IMG/VR virus record: IMGVR_UViG_3300012973_000875
From: an uncultured virus (IMG/VR IMGVR_UViG_3300012973_000875)
Lineage: Duplodnaviria; Heunggongvirae; Uroviricota; Caudoviricetes
Reading direction: 5' to 3' (one strand)
Length of the DNA stretch: 64,000 bases
Shown piece after piece: positions 27,833 through 36,496 of the stretch. Made by a program: the position numbers and the translations under genes. The first letter of the stretch is position 1, and each line of letters begins with the position of its first letter. The notes under the pieces were generated by a model, which had not been told where the DNA came from, searched no databases, and saw only the letters and a program-made list of their open reading frames with translations.

Positions 27833-28672
27833 ATGATTATCACGTATCCGGTTGGCCGGACGCTGGACGACACGGGGGTGATCATCACCGGCGCCACGGT
27901 GACGATCGCGTCGGTGGTCGACAAGGCGGGTAACGCGATCGCCTCGCACGGGGCGGTCGTCAACGGCGTCGATGGGTCGAATGTGCTGGTGGGCAAGTCG
28001 TTCCTCTCGGTGGACTACGACCCCAAGGACAAGGGCGAGGCGTATATCACCCTGGCCGTGTCCAAGTCGGCCACGACGATCACCGGCGAGCGGGCGGCCC
28101 CGTACACCTTCGCGGCGCTCGATTCGGACCGCACGCTGCGGGCGATCCCCGACGCGGCCGCCTCGGCCGCTGGCGGCCTGCTCACCCGGGGCACCGGCAC
28201 CGGGCAGTTGAATGTGGCCAATGGCCGGGCCGACGCCGACGTCCAGAAGATCCTGGGTGAGGACCCGATCGTCGAGGAGGGGCCGCAGGATTCCAACGTC
28301 GTCGCGGTCAACGGTGAGCCGTTCGACGGCTCGGCCGTGCCGTCCCTGGTTACGGGCTACGTGACCGGCCAGCGGCCGCGCGACGACCTGTTCAGCAACC
28401 CGGCGGTCCAACTGGCGGTCGATGCCGGCGGCCGCGTCAGCCTGGCCTCGGCGGCCATGGGGCAACTCCCCGTGACGGCCCCCTCGGGGCGGGCCGCGAC
28501 GGTCGACCAGATGATCGTCCAGATCTGGCGGCACTTCTTCGAGAAGACCGTCTACGACGACGCCAACAACAAGTTCGATCACTACAACGACGCGGGCAAC
28601 ACGATCCTGCTGACCCAGCCGGCCACCGTCGTGGGCAGCGTGCAGACCTTGGGCCGGGCGGCGACCCCCTGA
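27833..28672 (+). CDS. Putative structural/tail-associated protein
   Basis: GAGGAG RBS; beta-rich composition; follows tail-like genes. Confidence 0.65.
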   Translation: MIITYPVGRTLDDTGVIITGATVTIASVVDKAGNAIASHGAVVNGVDGSNVLVGKSFLSVDYDPKDKGEAYITLAVSKSATTITGERAAPYTFAALDSDRTLRAIPDAAASAAGGLLTRGTGTGQLNVANGRADADVQKILGEDPIVEEGPQDSNVVAVNGEPFDGSAVPSLVTGYVTGQRPRDDLFSNPAVQLAVDAGGRVSLASAAMGQLPVTAPSGRAATVDQMIVQIWRHFFEKTVYDDANNKFDHYNDAGNTILLTQPATVVGSVQTLGRAATP

Positions 28673-28748
28673 CCGGCTTTGCCCTGGACAGCCGATCCCG
28701 TGCCGGATTAGGCTATGCACCACCAACCACATCCCGATTCCGAAGAGG

Positions 28749-29870
28749 ATGACCTCGATGGACTCGCCTCGAATCGCCCCAGGCCGCACGGACGCGGACG
28801 CGTCCGATGCGGTCGCCTTGTTGGCCGCGCATCGCAATCTGGCCACGGTCCGGACGGCTGACCAACTCGCCGTCGCCATCGCGGTCCCTGGTTCCGACCC
28901 CGTTCGCGACCGTCTGATGGACCAGGTGACGCGGGCCATCATCCAGGCGGAAGACAACCGCTTCGCCGAGGCGATCGCCGCCGCTGCGGCGTGGCCGGTG
29001 TCCGGACCGCCCCTGGGCCTGGCGTACGCCGATCGGATCCACCTCCGCCAGGCCCTGGAGCGGTCCGGCTATCGCGGGAACTGGGCGGACCAGGCCCGGA
29101 TCGAACTGGCTCCCGACGGCCACCACGTCACCCTCCGCAGCCCGCACGCACCCGAGTCGATCAGCGCGTCGCCGAGCACCCTGGCCCGCACCATCGCGCA
29201 CGACGGTACGGCGGGCTACGCGATCACCCTCGACCTGGGCCGCCCGCAGTCCTTGCCCGCCTGGTCCTCGTCGTCGCGACTTCAGACCTACGCGGCGTCG
29301 GATGCGTTCTTCTCCGCGCTCCAGATGGCGCCGCTCGCGGCGACCCCCGGTCCGTCCATGTGGTCCCAGCCGTCGGCGGACGGCGCGGCCACCCGCATGG
29401 CCTGGGCCCCGGGTCGGCCCCCGGGGATCGCCCTGCTCCTCCAGCAGATGCCCATGCGGGACGGGGCCGCGCAGCGGTACTACCTCCGCCTCGCCCGGAT
29501 CTTCGCTGGGGACGCAGGGTCGCGGCTGGGCCCGATCCACGACCCGGTGACCCGGCCGACCTACACCCGCACCCTCGACACGACGGTGTACCGCGTGGTC
29601 GAACTCCCCTGCCCCGAACCGGGCGACATTGTTCTGCTCGGCTCGCTGACGGAACCGGACGGGTTTGGGCGGGTGGTTGCGATCGATGTTGTGGCCGGGA
29701 CCACGCGCGGGATTACGACGCGGGTCTACCACGAGTCGGCTTGCGAGATCGCGCTGCTCGACGCCGACGCCAACGAACTGGTCCGCCCCCGCACGGTGAC
29801 CTACGCTGCTGGAAGCGTGGCGGTCGTCGGGCGGGGTGGCGTCGAATTGCTCACGACCGAGGTGCTCTGA
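28749..29870 (+). CDS. Hypothetical protein
   Basis: 373 aa; stop abuts the next start. Confidence 0.7.
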   Translation: MTSMDSPRIAPGRTDADASDAVALLAAHRNLATVRTADQLAVAIAVPGSDPVRDRLMDQVTRAIIQAEDNRFAEAIAAAAAWPVSGPPLGLAYADRIHLRQALERSGYRGNWADQARIELAPDGHHVTLRSPHAPESISASPSTLARTIAHDGTAGYAITLDLGRPQSLPAWSSSSRLQTYAASDAFFSALQMAPLAATPGPSMWSQPSADGAATRMAWAPGRPPGIALLLQQMPMRDGAAQRYYLRLARIFAGDAGSRLGPIHDPVTRPTYTRTLDTTVYRVVELPCPEPGDIVLLGSLTEPDGFGRVVAIDVVAGTTRGITTRVYHESACEIALLDADANELVRPRTVTYAAGSVAVVGRGGVELLTTEVL

Positions 29871-30500
29871 ATGCCCAAGCTCGAACTGGGATGTGGCCGG
29901 CAGTTCACCCCCGGCTACATCCACCACGACATCACCAAGTACGCCGACCACGTCGACCTGGCGTGGAACCTGGATCACGCCCCCTGGCCCTTCGCGCTGT
30001 TGTCGGACGGTACGCCCGGACTGGCAGCGACAGCCAACTCGATCAAGGCGGTCGTCGATCCGTGGGATGACTCCCGAGACACGACGCTGCTCTGGCTGCG
30101 GCGATACGAGCGGATGGGCAGCATAGCGAACCACGCTGCGGCCAACGTCACTTACGACGGCTGGCTCGACGAGATCCTGGCCCTGGACGTGCTGGAGCAC
30201 CTGCACCTGGAGCCCTGGCAGTGGCTCAACGAGTGCCACCGCCTCTTGAAGCCGGGGGGCGTCCTGGAGTTCCGGGTGCCGGCCCACGACAACCCGCTGT
30301 CCTACCGCGACACGACCCACCAGAAGGTCTTCCACGAGCAGTCGTTCGTGTTCTGGGATCCGTCGCACGAGTTGCACACGCGGTTCGGCAGCCAGTATTT
30401 CTATGCCCAGCACGGCCGCTGGTGGAAACAGGTCGCTCACCGCAAGGAGAACGACGACCACCGCTTCACGCTCCGGGCCCGCGCGGTCCAGCCCCGTTGA
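29871..30500 (+). CDS. Class I SAM-dependent methyltransferase
   Basis: KLELGCG, DVLEHL, ECHRLLKPGGVLEFRVP. Confidence 0.85.
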   Translation: MPKLELGCGRQFTPGYIHHDITKYADHVDLAWNLDHAPWPFALLSDGTPGLAATANSIKAVVDPWDDSRDTTLLWLRRYERMGSIANHAAANVTYDGWLDEILALDVLEHLHLEPWQWLNECHRLLKPGGVLEFRVPAHDNPLSYRDTTHQKVFHEQSFVFWDPSHELHTRFGSQYFYAQHGRWWKQVAHRKENDDHRFTLRARAVQPR

Positions 30501-30511
30501 CGAGGTGACCC

Positions 30512-30985
30512 GTGCTGACCGCCACTCCAGCCCGTCGGGCTGCCAGGCGACCGCCCGACGCGGCGTCGATCCGCCAACTGATCGCGGCGCAGCGAGCCCC
30601 GCTGTCCACCGATGCCAACGGCACGCTCCAGTTCCAGGAGATTGAGACGCACGGGACGTTGACGGCGGGCCTCCGCGTCCAGTCCGTGGAGATCGGCCTC
30701 TTGATCCAGGGCCCGATCTCGCTGACCCCCGACGAGTCGGGCTGGCTCTGGGGCGCGTGCGGCCGGATCATCGCCCCCAGCCCGATCATGCAACGGTTCC
30801 GCGACCTGTACGGGCAGCCCCCGTCCGCACAGCGGCCGCCCCTGCGGCTGGCGATCGACGGGTTCGCCGACGCAGTCATCCTGGCGGACTTCCGGCTGGC
30901 CACGGTCGGTTGGAGCGTCCTGGCGAACACCATGGAGATGGACGAGTCGATCACGTTCTGGTGCCGGGAGCTACGTGAGCCATGA
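30512..30985 (+). CDS. Hypothetical protein with MLTATPARR tag
   Basis: GAGGTG RBS + GTG start. Confidence 0.7.
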   Translation: MLTATPARRAARRPPDAASIRQLIAAQRAPLSTDANGTLQFQEIETHGTLTAGLRVQSVEIGLLIQGPISLTPDESGWLWGACGRIIAPSPIMQRFRDLYGQPPSAQRPPLRLAIDGFADAVILADFRLATVGWSVLANTMEMDESITFWCRELREP

Positions 30986-31470
30986 TGACCGCAACGCACG
31001 CGCGCCGTGCCGAACGGGCCGTTCGCCTCACGCGGCGTCCCCGCGACTGGCACATGGCGCACGCGGCCGCGCTTGCCCAGCGACACGGACTGCGGGGGCT
31101 GTACTCCTTCCACGTCCGGTTCGCCGACAACACGGACTGGATCCACGCCGTCGGCGACAACGCGACGGGGGTGACGATGTGCCGGGATCTGGGCAGGATT
31201 GAGAACCCACGGCACGAGGGCCATCTCGATACGTTGGTCTTTCGTCGCGAGGACTGGCAACAGATCGCGGGGCGGCTGATGGACGTGACCCAGTGCGGCT
31301 TGCCGCACACGATTGTGGTGCTGGCCCTGACCCAGTACGGGCTGGGCCAGTGGTTGTTTCCCGGGTTCCTGATGCGCTCGGTCAGCTTTGACGAGTCCCG
31401 CGCGGAGACCAAGGTGACGGACCTGGCGTTCACCGCCGTGACCGCCGTCTGGATGTGCCCTGATGCTTAA
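30982..31470 (+). CDS. Hypothetical protein with MMTATHARR tag
   Basis: ATGA-coupled. Confidence 0.7.
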   Translation: MMTATHARRAERAVRLTRRPRDWHMAHAAALAQRHGLRGLYSFHVRFADNTDWIHAVGDNATGVTMCRDLGRIENPRHEGHLDTLVFRREDWQQIAGRLMDVTQCGLPHTIVVLALTQYGLGQWLFPGFLMRSVSFDESRAETKVTDLAFTAVTAVWMCPDA

Positions 31471-32023
31471 AGCCACCCCCGACCGGCGCGGCAAGGCCCG
31501 CGAGGCCCGCGACAATCAGGTCCTCTGGCCGTTCGGCCCGAGGCGGCATCTCCTCGCGGGCGTCGAGGACCTGTGCGTGCTGTACACGATCGACGCGACG
31601 GGCCGCTACCAGGGGTTCTCCTGCCAGGGGGTCCAAATCTGGGGCGGCCGGCTGCGGATCGAACGCCTCTGCATCCGCCTGGATCACTGGGAGCACTTCC
31701 TGGCCGGCCGCCAGGACGCGGCCGACGCCGTCCTGGCCCCGACCGTCTACCTCGACCACGAGCGGACCGGTGTGGACCCCGCCGTGACCCGCTACGGGTT
31801 CAACAGCCTGCGGATCCTGGACTACACGCCCGACGCGGCAGCGGCGATCTTCGGTGCGCTGGGGAGTCGCGGCTTCGTCGATCGGATCGAGGCCAGCTTC
31901 GTCAACGAGCGAGTGACCAATGCTCAAAGCCCCGCCGGCACGGCGGGCCAACCCGATGGCCCGCCGTCACGATTCGCCCTACGGTCTGCTCTTTATCCGC
32001 GAGGCACCGGCCTCTGGGGATGA
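31463..32023 (+). CDS. Hypothetical protein with MLKATPDRR tag
   Basis: 8 nt overlap with the previous gene. Confidence 0.7.
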   Translation: MLKATPDRRGKAREARDNQVLWPFGPRRHLLAGVEDLCVLYTIDATGRYQGFSCQGVQIWGGRLRIERLCIRLDHWEHFLAGRQDAADAVLAPTVYLDHERTGVDPAVTRYGFNSLRILDYTPDAAAAIFGALGSRGFVDRIEASFVNERVTNAQSPAGTAGQPDGPPSRFALRSALYPRGTGLWG

Positions 32024-32354
32024 TCCGCCCGAACGGACCGCGTACATTGCGGGCCTGGCCGGATTCACGATCCTGACACCCGAGGCCGATCGCCCCCTCT
32101 GCCATCTGGACCGCCTGCGGATCTGCGAGCCCAACTGGCAGCAGTTCCGCCACCAGTACAACTGCGTGTTCACGTCGCCCCCGCTGCACATCTACGAGGG
32201 GATGACCCGGATCCATACGCTGCGGCACGTCGCCATCGAGTACCGGGTGGCGGAGGTCGTCTGGGAGCGTGGTCCCAACGACACCCGCGTCACGACCCTC
32301 GATCTCGTGGTGTCGTGCTGGCCCGACATCACCCCCCAGGACACCTTTGCATGA
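31920..32354 (+). CDS. Hypothetical protein with MLKAPPARR tag
   Basis: 104 nt overlap with the previous gene; ATGA-coupled to the next. Confidence 0.65.
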   Translation: MLKAPPARRANPMARRHDSPYGLLFIREAPASGDDPPERTAYIAGLAGFTILTPEADRPLCHLDRLRICEPNWQQFRHQYNCVFTSPPLHIYEGMTRIHTLRHVAIEYRVAEVVWERGPNDTRVTTLDLVVSCWPDITPQDTFA

Positions 32355-33142
32355 TCTTCCCCGAGGCCCAGTTCCCACCGCCGCGTTACCTGGCCCCCCG
32401 CTACCGCGAGTCGGTGGAGCGGGGCTACGCCCGCATGAAGGACCGCACGGCCGTCGTCGCCGGGCTGGCCCGCGATCTGGGTGACCGGCTGCCTCATGCC
32501 ACCGCGTCGATCGACGCGATCGGCGGCCTGTTCGGTGACTACCGGGTCGTGCTCTACGAGAACGACAGCCGCGATGGCACACCCGATCGGCTGCGCGACT
32601 GGCTGCGACCGCAGGACTACCTCCGTTCGGAGACCAGGCACCTGCCCAAGTGGGCCTCGATCCGCCACCCCGATCGCGGGGCGCAGATGGCCGCCTACCG
32701 CGAGCAGTTGCGCCAGGACATCGTCGAGCATGGCGGCGCCGCCGACGTCGTCTTGATCCTCGACACCGACATCGCCGCGTTCAGCCTCGACGGGATCGCG
32801 CACACGCTGGGGCAGGACGACTGGGACGTCGTCGGCTCGCTCGGGCTCAAGGAGATCAAGGGCCGCACGGTCAACTACGATGTCTGGGCCTGGCGGGACG
32901 TGAACCACCCCGACCCGCACAACCGCTGGCAGATCAATCCCCGGACCGCCCCGCGTGGGGCGGCCCTCCAGCCGGTCTGGAGTTGCTTTGGCGGCCTGGC
33001 GATCTACCGGGCTGCGACGATGCGGGCGGCCGGCTACAGCGGCGACAACGGCGGCGACCATTACCGCTTCCACTTCGGGCTGCGGGAGGCCGGGTTGGGG
33101 CGGATCTTCTGCAATCCCAGTCAGATTACCCTCTATGGGTAA
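32351..33142 (+). CDS. GT-A-fold glycosyltransferase (CAP59/GT69-like)
   Basis: YENDSRDGT, LDTD (DxD), VWSCFGGLAIY. Confidence 0.8.
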   Translation: MIFPEAQFPPPRYLAPRYRESVERGYARMKDRTAVVAGLARDLGDRLPHATASIDAIGGLFGDYRVVLYENDSRDGTPDRLRDWLRPQDYLRSETRHLPKWASIRHPDRGAQMAAYREQLRQDIVEHGGAADVVLILDTDIAAFSLDGIAHTLGQDDWDVVGSLGLKEIKGRTVNYDVWAWRDVNHPDPHNRWQINPRTAPRGAALQPVWSCFGGLAIYRAATMRAAGYSGDNGGDHYRFHFGLREAGLGRIFCNPSQITLYG

Positions 33143-33156
33143 TTAACGTTTATCGG
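33138..33156. promoter_or_regulatory. AT-rich palindromic site, copy 4
   Basis: ggtaATTAACGTTTATcgg, overlapping a stop codon. Confidence 0.65.
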
Positions 33157-33368
33157 TCGGACCCCCGGCAGACGGCGGAAACGGGGTCCCTGGCGGTCGT
33201 GCCGCCGGCTACGCCAAATACGGCCCACACACGCATTCCATCAGGCCGACAGTGTGGTAACTTGGTCCCTGGGCCGGTGGTTTTGGTTCGGGGTGGTTGC
33301 CGCGACTCGCGACCCCTTGCCCAGTTTGCCTAACTAGGTCAGACCGCATCCCGCGACCCAGGCGTCGA

Positions 33369-33587
33369 ATGCTTACCGCAGCACCGGTAGGTGAGGAGAT
33401 CGGGCGGCAGAATAGGATGATGCCGCCCGATTATGGCAATCCCGCGTTGATGAAGATCGTGTGGGAGATGGAGCGTGACGGCTGTGCTCTCGACGCCGTC
33501 ACAAGACACCATGGGTGGTCCCGACGTGGCCTCCCTGGTTGGTCCTCGGGTGGGGAAGCCGAGGAGCATTCGACGCCTGGATCGTGA
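33369..33587 (+). CDS. Possible small protein with degenerate MLTAAP tag
   Basis: Internal ATG of track ORF 33297..33587. Confidence 0.35.
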   Translation: MLTAAPVGEEIGRQNRMMPPDYGNPALMKIVWEMERDGCALDAVTRHHGWSRRGLPGWSSGGEAEEHSTPGS

Positions 33588-33614
33588 TGGATGCCCGGCG
33601 ACACGGAGGTCGCG

Positions 33615-35351
33615 ATGCCCCTCAAGAAGCTCGGTCGGCTGGTCTTCAGTTCCACGATCAACCACACGCTGATCGCGACCCTGATCGGCACGGCCCTGCT
33701 CACGGGGATCCTGGCGTTCGTCGCCGCCTCGCACATCTCCTGGCGGTCGAGCCTGGAGCGGCAGCGGTCCTACGAGTCGTTGCTGTCGCTGGAGCGGCTC
33801 ACCTCGACGCTCCGCGACGCCGAGACGGGCCAGCGCGGCTACCTGCTCACCGGCAACGATGCCTACCTGGCCCCGTACCGTAGCGCCATGCGGCTGGCGG
33901 CCAACCGCCTGGCGCGGATCCGCCAGTTCGAGTTCCTCGCCGGCCCGCTCGTCGCCACCCTGGAGCAGCACACCGAGGACAAGCTCGGGGAACTCCAGCA
34001 GACGGTTGACCTCTACGCGGCCGGGCAGACCGCTGACGCCCTGGCCCTGGTGCGGTCCAACCGGGGCAAGCAGGCGATGGACGAGGTGCGGGCGACGATC
34101 ACCCGGCTCCAGGACCAGGAGAACGCCCGGCTGGCCTTCAGCGACGCCAACCTGCGGTACTTCGCGGCGCTGGCCGGCGGCATCGGCGCGGTCACGACTG
34201 CGACGTTCGTCGCCGGCCTGGTCTGGCTGACCCTGCGGAACCTGGCCGAGGAGCGGGCGCACGCCTTGACCAAGCAGGCGCAGATGCTCGCCGAGGAGAA
34301 GTTCGTCCGGGTCGTCGAACTGGCCCCCAACGCGGTCGTGCTCGCCGGCAAGGACGGGGTCATCAACTTCTGGAACCAGGCCGCCACCAAGATGTTCGGC
34401 GCCGACATGCTCGGCCACCCGCTCGTCGACCTGATGCCGACCCGCTATCACGACCGCCACCGGCACTGGTTCGGCCACGCCAACCAGGCCGGCGCGCTGC
34501 GGTCGCCGGGTCGCGAGTTCAAGCTCGAAGCCAAGCGGACCGACGGTGTCGAGTTCGACATCGAACTGGCCCTGGACCGGATCGAGGTCGGGCAGGAACC
34601 GCTCTATGTCGCGTTGATCCGCGACGTGACCGACCGCTACCGCGTGCTGCGGGAACTGGAGCGGTCCAACGAGGAACTCGACCAGTTCGCCTACGTCGCC
34701 AGCCACGACCTCCAGGAGCCGCTGCGGATGATCTGCACCTTCCTGGGGCGGCTGGGCGAGCGGCACGGTGAGCACCTCGACGACCAGGGACGGCGGTACA
34801 TCGAACTGGCCACCGAGGCGAGTAGCCGGATGCAGCGGCTGATCCGCGACCTGCTCGAATACGCCCGGGTCACGACCAAGGCCAAGGCCCTGGAGTGGGT
34901 CAACCTGCTGGAGGTCGTCAGCCTGGTCGTCGCGGACTTCCAGGACAAGATCGCCGAGGAGCGGGCCGACATCCGCGTCTCGGAGTTCCTCCCCAAGGTC
35001 ATGGCCGACCCGGTGCAGATCCGCCAGGTGTTCCAGAACCTGGTCGGCAACGCGCTGAAGTACCACCGGCCCGGCGTCCCGCCCACGATCCGGATCAACG
35101 TGGTCGCCGAGGCGACCTGCTGGCAACTCATGGTCGCCGACAACGGCATCGGCATCGACCCGGGCGACAACCGCAAGATCTTCACCCTCTTTTCCCGCCT
35201 CCATGCCCGCGACGAGTACGAGGGAACCGGCATCGGGCTCGCCATCTGCAAGAAGATTGTGGAACGGCACCAGGGCAAGATCTGGTTCGAGAAGGTCCCC
35301 AGTGGCGGCACCGCCTTCTACTTCACGCTCCCCCGTGATTCCAGGGGTTGA
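33615..35351 (+). CDS. Sensor histidine kinase (TM-CHASE3-TM-PAS-HisKA-HATPase)
   Basis: DAETGQRGYLLTG (CHASE3), PAS-like region, FAYVASHDLQEPLR (H box), NLVGNALKY, DNGIGI, GTGIGLAICKKIV. Confidence 0.95.
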   Translation: MPLKKLGRLVFSSTINHTLIATLIGTALLTGILAFVAASHISWRSSLERQRSYESLLSLERLTSTLRDAETGQRGYLLTGNDAYLAPYRSAMRLAANRLARIRQFEFLAGPLVATLEQHTEDKLGELQQTVDLYAAGQTADALALVRSNRGKQAMDEVRATITRLQDQENARLAFSDANLRYFAALAGGIGAVTTATFVAGLVWLTLRNLAEERAHALTKQAQMLAEEKFVRVVELAPNAVVLAGKDGVINFWNQAATKMFGADMLGHPLVDLMPTRYHDRHRHWFGHANQAGALRSPGREFKLEAKRTDGVEFDIELALDRIEVGQEPLYVALIRDVTDRYRVLRELERSNEELDQFAYVASHDLQEPLRMICTFLGRLGERHGEHLDDQGRRYIELATEASSRMQRLIRDLLEYARVTTKAKALEWVNLLEVVSLVVADFQDKIAEERADIRVSEFLPKVMADPVQIRQVFQNLVGNALKYHRPGVPPTIRINVVAEATCWQLMVADNGIGIDPGDNRKIFTLFSRLHARDEYEGTGIGLAICKKIVERHQGKIWFEKVPSGGTAFYFTLPRDSRG

Positions 35352-35353
35352 CG

Positions 35354-36496
35354 ATGCCCGAACCGCAGACCTCGATCCTGCTCGTCGAGGACAACGACGG
35401 CGACGCCGAACTCGTCAACGAGTTCATCGGCGATCTGGGGGCGACCCAGTTTGTCTTGACCCGGGCCAAGACCCTGGCCGAGGCGATCCGCGCCCGGCTC
35501 GGCACACCGTTCGACGTGATCCTCCTGGACCTGAACCTGCCCGACTCCAAGGGGCTCGACACCCTGGCCGCCTTCTGCCGGTCGACGGGGCTCTACCCAC
35601 TACCGCCGATCATCGTCCTGACCGGGCTGCACGACGAGGATACCGCCGACCAGGCGATGCAGTCGTGCGCCCACGACTACCTGGTCAAGTCCGAGGCCAA
35701 CGCCAAGTCGCTGCTGCGGGCCATCCGCTTCGCGATCCAGCGACAGGGCAAGGAGGCGCTCAGCAAGATCGTCGCCGACCAGCGGTCGCTGCTCCCCTTC
35801 GAGTTGGACCAGCCGCCGATGGTCGACGACGAGTCGGCGTCGATGACCGGCGAGCAGGCGACCAAGGTCATCGAGGAGACGTCGCAATCGATCGACGTGC
35901 TCCGCCGGGTCACCAAGACCGCGCTGGGGCAGGCCGAGACGGAGAGGCTGCCGACGGAGCGGTCGCCCCGCCAGTCCGACGTCGACATGGAGTTGCAACT
36001 CGGGCACATCAATGTCGGGCAGCAGGCCAGCGAGGTCGCGCTGTCGGGCATCGTCCATCTCATGACGTCGCACGCCCAGCGGCTCGATCAGATGCAGCAC
36101 GCACTGGATACCCTGTTGCGGCAGATGGCCGCGCAGGATCGGGAATGGTCCGCCATCCGGGTCGAGGTCGCCACCCTCCAGGGCAACGTGCGGGTGCTCA
36201 CCGTCCAGTTGATGCCGATGATCAAGCTGTCGCGTGGGGATGGCTCGGGGCTGCCGCTGGAGACGCGGATGGACCGGATGGAGCGCGATCTGGGGACGTT
36301 GAGCGGCGACTTCCCCACCCTCGATACGGGGCGGCAGCAAGTGCCTTTTGTCCGGCGAGGCGTTATCCTGGGGTTGCTTCTGGTCGGCTTCGGGGCGTTG
36401 TTGGCCTGGGCGGCCCTCCACTATCTCGAACTCCGCGACCACAGCGCCGGGAGCCCCCCTTATGTCGCACCCCTGGAGCCAGACGGATCTGGCTGA
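35354..36496 (+). CDS. Response regulator: receiver domain, coiled coil, C-terminal TM helix
   Basis: ILLVEDN, ILLDLNLPD, IIVLTG, DYLVK; heptad-rich middle; VILGLLLVGFGALLAWAAL. Confidence 0.9.
   Translation: MPEPQTSILLVEDNDGDAELVNEFIGDLGATQFVLTRAKTLAEAIRARLGTPFDVILLDLNLPDSKGLDTLAAFCRSTGLYPLPPIIVLTGLHDEDTADQAMQSCAHDYLVKSEANAKSLLRAIRFAIQRQGKEALSKIVADQRSLLPFELDQPPMVDDESASMTGEQATKVIEETSQSIDVLRRVTKTALGQAETERLPTERSPRQSDVDMELQLGHINVGQQASEVALSGIVHLMTSHAQRLDQMQHALDTLLRQMAAQDREWSAIRVEVATLQGNVRVLTVQLMPMIKLSRGDGSGLPLETRMDRMERDLGTLSGDFPTLDTGRQQVPFVRRGVILGLLLVGFGALLAWAALHYLELRDHSAGSPPYVAPLEPDGSG

Noticed and set aside
30512..32354. RR-containing N-termini as Tat signal peptides
   Set aside because: No hydrophobic h-region or RRxFL consensus follows
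36348..36461. Track start of the 1753 aa ORF
   Set aside because: Lies deep within the response regulator gene; ATG 36462 has a GGGAG upstream and gives a more plausible N-terminus
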